DNA of 64,000 bases from NCBI GenBank assembly GCA_043228905.1, contig JBHGNT010000017.1, forward strand, positions 14,508,001 through 14,572,000, in the 5' to 3' direction. The translations under genes and the position numbers were made by a program. The DNA is from Azolla caroliniana (taxonomy: Eukaryota > Plantae > Polypodiophyta). Of this stretch, positions 48,644 to 60,700 are shown in pieces; positions within the stretch are counted from its first letter, which is position 1; each line of letters begins with the position of its first letter. Below the pieces are notes generated by a model. It saw nothing but the letters and a program-made list of their open reading frames with translations. It was not told the origin of the DNA and did no database searches.

Positions 48644-51600
48644 ATGGACGAATCGTTGGGTGGCATGTTCAAGATCACCGGCTCCAAATATTCAGTGTGG
48701 AAGTCGAAGATGAGGGACATGCTCGTGGTTAAAGATCTTTGGTTGCCGGTTCAATTCGGGGACAAGAGACCGGACAAGATCGACGCCACGATATGGGAGG
48801 TGATGCACATGAAGACAACGACTTACATACGGTGCTTCATCGACATGAGCCTATACAACAACTTCAATGAAGAGAGTAACGCTCATGAGCTCTGGGAGAA
48901 GATCGACATTATGTTTCAAAACAAAAATGTTGTTAACCAGGTTTCGGTATTCCGGAAGCTAGTAAGACTCCGGTACCAAGATGGCTCCAGCATGGCGGAG
49001 CACATGAATGCCTTCAAGGGGCTGATACACCAGGCAACATCATTGGAAGTACCTCTCGCCGATGAGGTACTAGCGCTACTCCTGCTCGGTTCCCTCCCAA
49101 ATAGCTGGGAGACGTTGGTTGTCACTTTGGGCAACGCCGGGCCGGAAGGAAAATGGTTATCCCTAGCAAGAGTGAAGTCGAGCTTGCTAGATGAGGAGGC
49201 ACGTCAGAAAGATAAGGATACAAGCTCCGACTCCAAAGCGCTCCTTACCGAATCGGAACGTGGAAGACATAGAAACCGTAGTCCCCAGAACCGGGAAAAG
49301 TCAGGGACACGATCAAAGTCAAGGGGGAGGCCTACTTGCATCTATTATGGCAAGTTAGGACACTTCCAGAAGAACTGTCGGCATTTCCGGAAAGACAAGG
49401 AAACCGACGGTACCGATTCGAAGCAGACATCAGACCGGAACAGTAAAGACAGGAGGGGAACGGACCGGAAGGGAACAACGGCAATCGCGGCAAGTGAAGA
49501 AGAGTTGATGCTCATCACCGAGGAGAGTGAGCTAAATCTTGCCGAGGACGAGATGACTTGGGTGGTCGACTCCGGAGCGTCGTTCCACCTTACCCCGGAC
49601 TAGAAATGCTTCTCATCCTACTCAGCCGGTGATCACGGCTGTGTCCGGATGGGGAATGAAGGTACATGCTGAATTGTCGGCATAGGAGACGTGTGGTTGA
49701 CAACATCAACCGGATGCAAGTTGCTGCTGAAGGATGTCTGACACGTTCCAGAGGTTCGTTTGAATCTGATATCAGCCGGTCGGCTAGATGATGAAGGCTA
49801 CACGGGTAGCATTCGGAACAGTGTTATGAAGTTCAGCAAAGGGAGCCTGATTGTGGCTCGGTCTCGGAAGGTCAACACGATGTACCTGATGAATGCCCGA
49901 TTATGTTCGGAAGAAGTGAACGTGGCATCCGACACTGCCGGTGAGCTGTGGCACAAGAGGCTGTGTCATATGAGCGAGAAGGGGATGAAGAGGCTTGCAG
50001 ACGACAACCTCATTCCAGTGAAGAACGTGCACTTGGAGAAGTGCACTGATTGTCTGGCCGGTAAGCAAAATCGGACCTCCTTTCGACCAAGGCCACCAAT
50101 GAGACGTAATGCACCACTAGAGTTGGTGCATACTGATGTGTGTCAAGTGGACGCGAAGTCACATGCAGGATCGCAGTACTTCGTGACGTTCATAGATGAC
50201 CACAGCCGGAATCTGTGGGCCACACCGTTGAAGACGAAGGATCAGGTGTTATCCGTCTTCAAAGAGCTCCACGCGAGAGTGGAAAGAGAAACCGGCTGGA
50301 AACTGAAGGTGGTTCGAGCAGATAACAGAGATGAATACCGGGGGCAGTTCGAGGAGTACTGTCGCTTGTTACCGGCCGGCAAGGACTCCAAAATACGGAG
50401 TGAAGGAATTAATTAGATATGGTTGTAAATGAGCATAGTGTGGACGGACGGACTGGAAACGGTATGCCGTTCCAGATCCGGACGGATCCCGAATAGGTGC
50501 GAGAGGCACCGTTTTGTACTACGGGCCGGAAACCTATTTAAAGGCCCGGACCCCATTGTAATGACAGCGGATAATTAGTAGAGCTTATGTTGTTTATACT
50601 TCTGTCTTGATTTCCGTTCTGTAATCACTGTTATATCTTACGCGTGTAATTAACCAAAGCAATCTAATAGTGTAACCTACGTAAGTCGGTGTAATCGTTG
50701 AATCTTAATCCTATGCCGTAATCACCCTTTGGTGAAGTGTCTCCGTGACACCTTGTGTTAGGCCTTGTCCGGCTAAGAGAATAACATCGCTCGAAGGGAA
50801 TCCGGCTCGAATTTACCGTGCCGAAGACGCCGGAACTAAACGGACTGGCCGAGAGGATGAACCGGACCATAATGGAGAGGGTCCGGAGTATGTTGGCGCA
50901 TGCAAAACTACCCAAGACGTTTTGGGCTGAGGCACTGTCGACGGCGACATATATGATAAACAGATCACCCTAAGTACCCTTGGACGGAGACACGCCGTAG
51001 AGAGTATGGACCGGTAAGGAAGTGTCCTACCGGCATATGAAGGTGTTCGGGTGTCTCGTGTACGTGCATGTCGCTAAGGACCGGAGAGGAAAGTTGGATC
51101 CAAAGACCCGACCATGCATATTCCTCGGATACGACGACGATGAGTTCGGCTACCGAGTGTGGGACCTGGTCGACAAGAAGGTATTCTGGAGTCGAGATAT
51201 TATCTTCATGGAGGACAAGACGCTCGCCGACTGGGAGTCGGAGAAGAAGATAATGAACTCTGAGTCGACCGGTAAGGATCGATTCTACGATGAGCAGATC
51301 CAACCGACAAGAGACCGGTTAGCACTCGAGGAACCAGCCGGTTACGGTGAGGATACCGAACCAGTTGAAGAAGAAGTAGAGGAAGCTGAAACCGGAACCG
51401 GCCAAGACCTCGAATCAAATTCGGATGAAGAGCAAATGGAGGAGCCGGTTACCGAAGCCCAAAGACAGAGATATCCTCTCAGAGAGAGAAGGGCCCCCCG
51501 GAGATTTCCGAATGCAGAGCATGTGCTGCTGACCGATGAGGGGGAGCCAGAAAGCTTCGAAGAAGCGAAGGATGACACCCACAACCGCAAATGGTTTAGT

Positions 51601-53115
51601 GCCATGCAGGATGAGATGGATTCCCTGAATGAGAACCATACGTACGAATTGGTGGAGTTGCCGAAAGGAAAGCGGGCACTTCGAAACAAGTGGGTGTACA
51701 AGTTGAAACCGGGAGATGTCCGCAACCCCCCGAGATACAAAGCCAGGATCATGGTGAAGGGGTTCCAGCAGAAGAAGGGCGTGGACTTCGACGAGATATT
51801 TGCCCCGATAGTAAAGATGACCTCCATCCGGACGGTGCTGAGTATAGCGGCAAGCATGGACCTCGAGGTAGAGCAGCTAGACGTGAAGACGACATTCCTT
51901 CACGGTGACCTCGAAGACGAGATCTACATGCAGCAACCGGAAGGATTCGTGGAGAAAGGGAAGGAGCACATGGTATGCCGGTTGAAGAAGAGCCTGTACG
52001 GACTGAAGTAGGCACCCCGACAATGGTATCGGAAGTTCGACTCCTTCATGACCGATCAAGGGTACCACAAGACGCAGGCCGATCACTGCGTGTTTGTGAA
52101 GAAGTTTGAAGGAGGTGACTTCCTGATACTCCTTCTGTACGTGGACGACATGTTGATCGTCGGACGGGACCAAGCAAAAATACGGATGCTGAAGAAGGCT
52201 GTCAACGAGACCTTCTCAATGAAAGACTTGGGTCCGGCAAGACAGATGTTGGGGATGCATATTATTCGGAACCGGTCAATAAAGCAATTGTGGCTGTCAC
52301 AGGAGAAGTACGTGACAAAGGTGCTTCAGCGGTTCAACATGTCAGATGCGAAACCAGTCGGATCGACACTTCCGGCAAACTGCAAATTATCCAGTAAGCA
52401 AAGCCTGAAGACGAAAGCAGAGAAGGCGGATATGATGAAGGTTCCATATGCCTCTGCCGTCGGGAGCTTGATGTACGCAATGGTGTGTACCCGACCGTAT
52501 ATAGGATACGCAGTCGGAGTGGTGAGCCGGTTTATGAGCAATCCCGGCAAAGAGCACTGGAACGCGGTCAAATGGATACTCTGGTACTTGAAGGGCACTT
52601 CGAATATGTGTCTCCGATTCGGCTCTGGAAAACCTCAACTTGACGGTTTTACCGATTCGAACATGTCGGTTGATGTGGATACCAGCCGGTCTACATCCGG
52701 GTATGTAATGACATATGCAAGGGGAGCTGTTTCGTGGCAGTCGAGGCTGCAGAAGATGGTTGCGTTGTCAACCACGGAGGTGGAGTACATGGCGGTTGTG
52801 GAAGCCGGCAAGGAAATATTCTGGATGAAGGACTTCATCGGAGAGCTCGGTATCAGGCAAGATGAATATCGGCTCTACTGCGATAGTCAAAGTGTCATCC
52901 ACCTTGCTAAGAATGCGGCCTACCATTCCCGGACGAAGCATATCCAGTGAAGGTATCATTGGATCCGGGAAAGAGTAGATGACCAGGAGTTCGTGTTGAC
53001 GAAGATCCACACGGCCGAGAACGGGTCAGATATGCTGACCAAAGTACTGATACCCCATAAGCTGGATGAATGCCGGAAGCGGATCGGTCTAGTAAGACAT
53101 CCCATGCCAGAGTGA
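48644..53115 (+). pseudogene. B2 gag-pol
   Basis: ORF pieces 48644-49603, 49760-50416, 51022-52011 and 52048-52950. Several TAG/TGA stops and a solo-LTR insertion in the integrase. Confidence 0.92.
50367..50786 (+). mobile_element. Solo LTR of a G1-related gypsy element
   Basis: TGTTA...TAACA ends, perfect TSD TCGCT. Removal restores the integrase frame EEYCRSKGIRLEFTVPKTP. The 3' half is homologous to the G1 LTR remnant. Confidence 0.92.
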
Positions 53116-56100
53116 AGGGGGAGTTTGTTAGGAAACAGGTCCCTCCGGATGGTGATGACCTGGTGAGAACCGGATGAAGAATACCTGGCTACGGAGAGCC
53201 GGATGGTGCCGACCCGGTGAGAACCGGATGAGGAGTACCCGACTACGGAGAGCCGGATGGTGAAGACCCGATGAGAACTGGATGAAGAGTACCCGACTAC
53301 GGAGAGCCGGATGGTGTAGACAACTACGGAAGACCTGGTGAGAACCGGATGAGGAGTACTCGACAAGAGCCGGATGGTGAAGGCCTGGTGAGAAGTGCTC
53401 ACCGGATGAAGAGACATATTCGTAAATATGTTTCTGAGAGTCCATCGTGGCTATATTTGTAAATAGCCGAAAAGTCATATTAGTATAAATATGACTTAGG
53501 GCAAACTTTATAGATAGATGTTGTTATTCTTCTTTGCGCAAGATCAGAGCGCGTAACTGTGTACAGAGAGAGAGAGAGAGAGAGAGAGAGGAAGAGGTCG
53601 TTGCCTCTGTTGTAACCGCCGCCTGTGGCGAAGATAGAAAGCTCGAGGTTGTTGCCTCGGTGCTTTACTATTGTACATTTTAACATAGTGATAGTTTGCA
53701 GCCTGTGGGCTGCCGTGGTTTTTCCCTAGTTTGGGTTTTCCACGTAAACATCCTGTGTACTCTTCTCTTCATTGTGTCATGCATTCATTCCCGTTTTTTT
53801 TCTGTGTATGATTCTAAGCTCGGTTGTGGCCGAGTGTAGCGCATAGGGGGCGTGTAGTTCCTGTCAATATGTTGTCAGGGGTTCGGATCACCTCAATCCC
53901 AAAGGAAATAGTGAAGGTCCCCCAGGTCCTTCATCTCAAATGTGTCCGACAGTTGGGACTTGACTCGATTGATTTCATCGAGTCCGGGTCCGGTGATGAC
54001 TAGATCATCAACATACAGCAAGATGCAAACCGGACCGTCCGGACCTTGCCGGTTGAACAACGAAGAGTCCGATTTGGAGGCCGCAAACCCCATCTTACGC
54101 AACCAGTGCGTGATCTTCGCATTCCAAGCTCGAGGGGCTTCCTTCAAGCCATAAAGTGACTTCTTTAGTCGGCATACCGCCGACTTGTTCATCTCCGACT
54201 GGAAACCGGGGGGTTGGGTCATAAAGACCTCTTCTTCAAGATCGCCGTGAAGAAATGCATTCTTCACGTCCATCTGGTGAAGATGCCACTCCCTTGCCGC
54301 AACAACCGCCAACACCACACAAACTATCGTCATCTTCTGTACCGGAGCGAAGGTCTCGTCATAGTAGATTCCGTGGGTCTACGCGTATCCCTTCGCCACT
54401 AACCGGGCCTTGTATCGGTTAACCGATTTGTCGGTATTGTACTTTACCTTGTACAACCACTTACATCCGATTGGTTTACAGTGTCGGGGAGGGTCAACTA
54501 GGTCCCATGTGTCGTTGGCATCAAGTGCCCGCATTTCTTCTTCCATAGCAGCACACCAATTTGCGTCCTTTGCCGCTTCTGCGTAGCTCTCCGACTCACG
54601 CACTTCCGCCACCTTGGTCATGTACGCATAGTGATGCACCATGTACTCATTGTACCCGTACCGCTTCGCGGGGTTGTTCTGGCGGGAAGACCGACGTAAC
54701 TTATCATTACCCGGTTTGGGGCCCTTCTTGGCTGGTTCAGACTTCGTTCCCGAAGATTCACCTTCATCCTTTCCGAAGTCGGATTTGCTCCGATCCGACT
54801 CAAAGTTGCCGGTTTCGTATTTCGGCATCTTCTTCTTCCCCTTCTCTTTGCGCATGAACCGTCTCCTCGGTTCCTTGCGCGGGGAGAGCACGTCAGAGTC
54901 TCCACTACTCACCGATTCCTCATCTGACTGGTCATCCCGACTTAGCCACTCGTTCGGCCCGCTCAACCAAAACGATTCCGGACTCACATCTAGAGTCTCG
55001 AACCCTTCGTCTTCTAACTGGACCGGTTCAGGCTCACTAGCCTCATCCTTCGGTATCGGGTCGGGGTCGGAAGTCGGAGTCGGTAAGGCATACCATGATG
55101 CCCTCTCATAAAACTCAACATCCCGGCTAACTCGGACCTGCTTCGTCCGGGGGTTATAACACTTATACCCCTTTTGCTCATGCGAGTAACCGACCATGAT
55201 GCATTTCTCCGACTTTGCATCCAACTTCCTCCGCTTCTCATTCGGCACGTGCACATATGCAATGCTACCAAATATCCGAAGATGTCTCAAATTCGGCTTA
55301 CGCCCAAAATACAGCTTGTGTGCGGACACCTTGTCATAGATCCGGTTTTGGATGTAGACGGCTGTCCGGACTGCCTCAACCCAGTAGAAATGGGGCATGC
55401 TGTTCTCCTCCAGCATTACCCTTGCCGTGTCGATAATCAACCGGTTCTTCCTCTAGGCCACACCATTTTGTTCCGGTGTGTATCTACAGCTGAACTCTCT
55501 CCGAATTCCTTTTTGTTGCAGATAACTGTTGAACTAGTCGGAAAAATATTATTTTCTGCCATCTGACCGTAGGCACTTGATCTTCCTCTTCGTTTCCCGT
55601 TCAACCAGGCTTTGCGGGTTCCGGAAACACTCGAAGATTTCGCTCTTCCGCTCGATGAGGTAGATCCATGTGTGCCGGTTGTAGTCGTTAATGAAGGAGA
55701 CGAAGTATCGACTCCCGCCAAGACTAACATTCTGTGCCGGTCCCCATACATCCGAATGAATAAGGTTGAGCTTGTTACGGCTTCGGTTTCGTTCGGTGGG
55801 GAATGGAAGCCGGTGTTGCTTCCCGAGTTGGCAGGCTTCATATACTTGGGCCTTCCGGCCACTAAACTTCGGCAAACCGAAAACAACTTGTTTCATTTGC
55901 AAGTCTTGAAGCCTCCGGTGATTGACGTGGCCGATCCGCTTGTGCTAGAGATCAATATCCGATTCAATCTTCTGTCCTTTGGCAAACAAAGCGGTGCCGA
56001 CGTCATTGGTGTCGAGGATAAACATCCTCCCGTCTCTGTGCCCTTGTGCAATGATTTGGCCCTCTTCCTCGATGAAGCACCCGAGGTGCATAAACCGCAC

Positions 56101-57470
56101 CTGGATCCCCTGGAAGACAATCTGTCCAACTGACACCAGGTTCTTCGTGATGGTCGGAATGTGTAATATGTTCATCAGCTTCCCCCTTTGTCCGACGTGG
56201 CTCAAAGGGACTTCTCCGACATGCACGATTGGGTGTGGAGTGTCGTCTCCGGTTTCGACAACTCCTGGTTGTTCCGGTTTCTCTAAGAAAGAGAACCACT
56301 CTTCGTGGGTCGTCATGTGATTCGACACACCGGAATCAATGTACCACACTTCCTCCAATTTGGAAGTGGTCTTCTTCATCGAGTTAGCCTTGTGTTTCAT
56401 CACCAAGGCTGGCCCTTTACCGGCTTTTCCGGTTTCGGATCCTCCTGATCCTTTTGCATAGTGCGAGTATTGTCGGTTCTCTCTGCCGTCCTTGCCGGAT
56501 CCGGATCTGTCCAAATCGGCGCGCTTCTTCCAGCACTCGGTTTCTCTGTGGCCCTTTTTACCACAGTACCAGCATTCCGTGTTGGCCTTTGCTTGCCGGC
56601 CTCCAGCGCCGCCTCGACTCCCCCTGCTTGTGGAGGGTCCGGAACTGCTGTTGGCACACATTCTTTGTGCCTTCGGTCCTGCTCTTGTCGGCCGCTACCA
56701 TTGTGAGCCAACTCGCCTCGTCCACCACGCCCATGTGGCCGATCCGCCTCCGTGTACAACATCCGACTATCGGTGGGTGCACTTGTTGACGCATTGGCGT
56801 GGTTCTCATGTACAAGGAACATCGACTGTAAGTCGAAAAATGACGGCGTATTCTCCATTGTACATACCACCGTTCGGAACGCTCTGAACTTAGACGTTAG
56901 GCCCCCAAGACAGATCTGCACCATCTCATCTTACTCTACAGTGACGTTGATAGAGGGAAGTGAGTCACAGATCTCTTTGATTCGGGTCGTGTAATCGGTT
57001 ACTGACATGTCCTTCTGTCGGACATTGCTCAACTCCTGTCAGAGTTGCAGCTTCCGGGCCGTAGTGCTTGCCGCGAAAACCTTCTTCAGGTTTCCCCAAG
57101 CTTCTTTTGGCATCTTGGCATCTTGGACATGGCTCAGGAGCTGGTCTCTGACACTGGACGCAAAGCAATACATCAATCTGCTTGCCGCTTGTTCCCACAC
57201 TGGGAAATCCTTGTGTGCCGCATCAGGTGTTGTGTCGTTAGCTCCGTCGACATAACTCCAGTAACCATGCGTAGTTGGATCTGTCGAGCTTCTCCACCGG
57301 GAGCGAGCTAGCCATTCCTTTGTCCATTACTTCTCTTTTTGTTCTTACTGGGTCTTAGGGTTTTTCTTCAGATGCTGATGTCGACTATAGAGGTTCTCAA
57401 CCCTCGCGCTCTAATACCATGTAAAAACGAAGGTGCGGAAGCGTCAGACAAACCGGCCTCGCCGGATAGC

Positions 57471-57473
<3 letters not shown>

Positions 57474-57530
<57 letters not shown>
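57474..57530. repeat. (AG)n microsatellite in the A4 5' LTR
   Basis: About 28 units, versus about 8 in the paired LTR (46094-46110). Confidence 0.95.
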
Positions 57531-57533
<3 letters not shown>

Positions 57534-57711
57534 ACACACAGAGTGTATGCAGGAGAGACAGAGAATGAGCAAAACGTTAAAAATCTATTACCAAAAACAA
57601 TAGATAGTTCTCTGTAAATGCTCTCTATATACAACGTGCTCAACAACACTATTTATACAAGTTCTAAGAGGACTGATAGAAATACATTTACTTCAATGCT
57701 CACACAAGCGT

Positions 57712-60141
57712 TGTCATGAAGGATTTGCTTCACGATATAAAAATAAACTTCAATATTGTATTAAGTAACATTTGAGAGACTTGAACTCGTAACCTCACAC
57801 CCCAAGGACGAAGCATATACCATTAGGATAAGTTATTTTCTATACTTATTTTATCACCATACTTATGACATGTGTATCTTCATACATTAGAGCTTAGATG
57901 AGCATGATGGCTATCATGCATCACATGCATTAGATGCATGCCATGCACCCCGATATCATCATATGCATGAGAGAACCTGTAAAGGGAGGCAAGGAATTAA
58001 GAGATGAATCAAGGGAAAATAGGGTAATCAAGAAGAGAAAGTAAGAAATCAAATAATATAATCAAGCAGTGAAGCTAGCGCATTTGGGGAAGTTTCTTGT
58101 CTCTCGGAGTTGAAGTCGAGGGTTCAAAGCAAGAGTCGGTAGAGAAGGGTTTCATCTTGTTATCAAGCATTGTAAAGTTGGTAAAATCTTGTTTTCTTAA
58201 TATAAATCATGTTCATATCATATACTCTTGCTTCTATATTTTATCTATATTCGTCTCTCTCACAAACATTACTTTGTCTTCCTATCCTTAATCTTTCTAA
58301 CATCAATGCACAAGCCTTATAAAATATATAGCCAACTTCCTTTAACCTTAGTCCCTGCGACTTCGCCGCACGAACTACAACTACCCCGACACATTTGGTG
58401 AAACCGACGTGAAGGCGGCGGCAAGAAAAAATGGAGGAGCAAATGAGGCGTATGTGTACGATGATGGAACGAATGATGCGAGAGCAAGGGATGATGGCAA
58501 GCATCGACAAAGCCGTCGACAATATTCTTATATGAGTAGGAATCTTCGAAGGTATAAATTTAACAAGATATTTGAAGATTTACAATAAAGAAATGGTTAA
58601 ACATGGTGTCGATGAAGCGGCAAAAATTAATAGCTTTAGTCGAGTAGCTGTGATTGGGCTACAAGAAAGGATCCAGGAACTACAAAGAGAGCATCAGACA
58701 TGGGCGACTTTCGAAAGAGCATTATTGAATGAATACAACCTCAATGATATGTCAAGGATGACAAGGTGAGCTTTCATGGATTGGGTAGAGTTTGATAAAC
58801 ATTTAAGTGTTTTGGAAGTATTAAAAGAATTTTTAGAAAGATTTGAGCAATTAAATGTTAGGGATAGAAATATAATAATGCTAGATAAAATAATCTTGTT
58901 TCTACAAGCCACTAATATTAAAGACAGGAAGGACTTGGGAATGCTTCTGGAAGATCGAAATAGTCCAAGTGGACTTACCGAAGACTAGGAGGAGGTGAAA
59001 AGAGTGTGCAACCATTTCTATAAAAGAAAGTTATGGTTTATGGAGTTGCTTGAGAGGAAGAGAGACGAAATGGGAAACAACTCGGGAGAGAAGAAAATAG
59101 AATATTCACTCTTCTATGAGTTGGTGAAAGGCATGAAAGACTTGTCGATCAAAGTGACGAAACTAGAATCGGGACAAAGCTCAACTTCGTCAAGGCAAGG
59201 AGGGGGAATGATCCGAAGGTGTATGTGGTGTGACAATATCAACCATCATAAGAAAGAAAGAAAGAATGAGGTCTAACCGTGAAAGAAAGAAAGAAAGCTT
59301 AACTATGAGGTCTAACCGTGAAAGAAAGAAAGAATGCTTAAGGGAACATCCAGTTCAGAAATTGAATGAAGAGTTTTTCCAAGACTTTGGATGAACTTTG
59401 TACAACCAGTGTGCAAGTTCAGACGGGGTGGGTGTCGTGAAGGATTTGCTTCACGATATAAAAATAAACTTCACTATTGTATTAAGTAACATTTGTGAGA
59501 CTGAACCCGTAACCTCACACACCAAGGACAAATCATATACCATTAGGATAAGTTATTTTTTATACTTATATTTTTATCACCATACTTATGACATGTGTAT
59601 CTTCATACATTAGAGCAGATGAGCATGATGGCTATCATGCATCACATGTAAAGCATGTGCGCCAAATGGCGATCATGCATCACATGCATGCCATGCACCC
59701 CCATATCATCATATGCATGAGAGAACCTGTAAAGGGAGGCAAGGAATTAAGAGATGAATAAAGGGAAAACAGGGTAATCAAGAGGAGAAAGTAAGAAATC
59801 AAATAATATAATCAAGCAATGAAGCTAGCGCATTTGGGGAAGTTTCTTGTCTCTCGGAGTTGAAGTCGAGGGTTCAAAGCAAGAGTCGGTAGAGAAGAGT
59901 TTCATCTTGTTATCAAGCATTGTAAAGTTGGTAAAATCTTGTTTTCTTAATATAAATCATGTTCATATCATATACTCTTGCTTCTATATTTTATCTATAT
60001 TCGTCCCTCTCACAAACATTACTTTGTCTTCCTATCCTTAATCTTTCTAACATCAACGCACAAGCCTTATAAAATATATAGCCAACTTCCTTTAACCTTA
60101 GTCCCTGCGACTTCGCCGCACGAACTACAACTACCCCGACA
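57712..60141 (+). mobile_element. Non-autonomous Gag-only LTR retroelement (TR-GAG-like; gypsy-type Gag)
   Basis: LTRs at 57712-58391 and 59433-60141 (TGTC...GACA), 4-bp TSD GCGT/ACGT, PBS TGGTGAAACCGACGTGAA at 58396-58413, PPT-like GACGGGGTGGG, about 1 kb internal degenerate gag. Confidence 0.9.
58431..59276 (+). pseudogene. Degenerate Gag of the Gag-only element
   Basis: MEEQMRRM...FEG.N.TRYLKIY...TWATFERALL..Y...LFLQA...RRCMWCDNINH (retrotransposon Gag and knuckle-like motif). Confidence 0.7.
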
Positions 60142-60322
60142 ACGTCTAACACTAACTATGAGACATTAATTACCGAATAGTCTAGGTTGCTACTAGGCTT
60201 CCGGTTACTGTTTGATCCAGCTCACCGACTCCCCAGCTCACTGGCTCACTTGCTCACTTGCTCACCGATCCGACTCAGGCTTATTTAGCCGATCCGGATT
60301 CGGTTGAGCTTGCCGCTCAACA

Positions 60323-60700
60323 CATATGAACTAAACTGGCATGCTAGAGGATGCCAAAGGAGGGCAATATTTGCTAAAGCATGTGAATGGGGTGAGGGGT
60401 GTCGACATTGATCATGAAGTCATATCTTTACCAATGGAGCTCTAACATATGTGCAAATTTTATGAGTTTGAACAAGAAAATGAAGCATGAAGGACATCAA
60501 CCATGTATGGATATTTGAACATTGGGTCAAACTCTGATGACGACAAGGTGACAACCTTATGTGGGCATTATGTGAAGCCAACTCTCATGTTTGAACTTAT
60601 TAATGCTCACAAAGCTCATTACCTAGTGTCAGAAAACCTTCCACGCGTGGCTTATTAGGGAAGACTATACATTCTTGTATTTAAAACATTAGACATGCAT
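60323..60700 (+). pseudogene. PPR-DYW pseudogene, segment 3 (end of E2, E+, DYW deaminase N-part)
   Basis: TGMLEDAK...VDIDHEV...MKHEGHQP...SDDDKVTTLCGHYVKPTLMFELIN...VSENL resembles MK..GY.P...EDKE..LC.H(S/C)EKLA.AFGLI...V.KNLR. Confidence 0.72.

Larger units (their letters stand above)
47855..53866 (+). mobile_element. Ty1/copia element B2 (Tnt1/Tork-like); full length, defective; inserted in the A4 RT
   Basis: LTRs at 47855-48614 and 53126-53866, TSD ATATA/ATATG, Met PBS TGGTATCA at 48617, gag-pol 48644-53115, PPT GAAGGGGGAG. Confidence 0.95.
46041..60322 (-). mobile_element. Ty1/copia family A element A4; full length, hosts three nested insertions
   Basis: 3' LTR at 46041-46427, 5' LTR at 57420-60322 (split by an insertion), TSD CATAT, PBS TGGTATTAGAGC at 57419-57408, gag ATG at 57327, PPT at 46438-46428. 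Confidence 0.95.
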
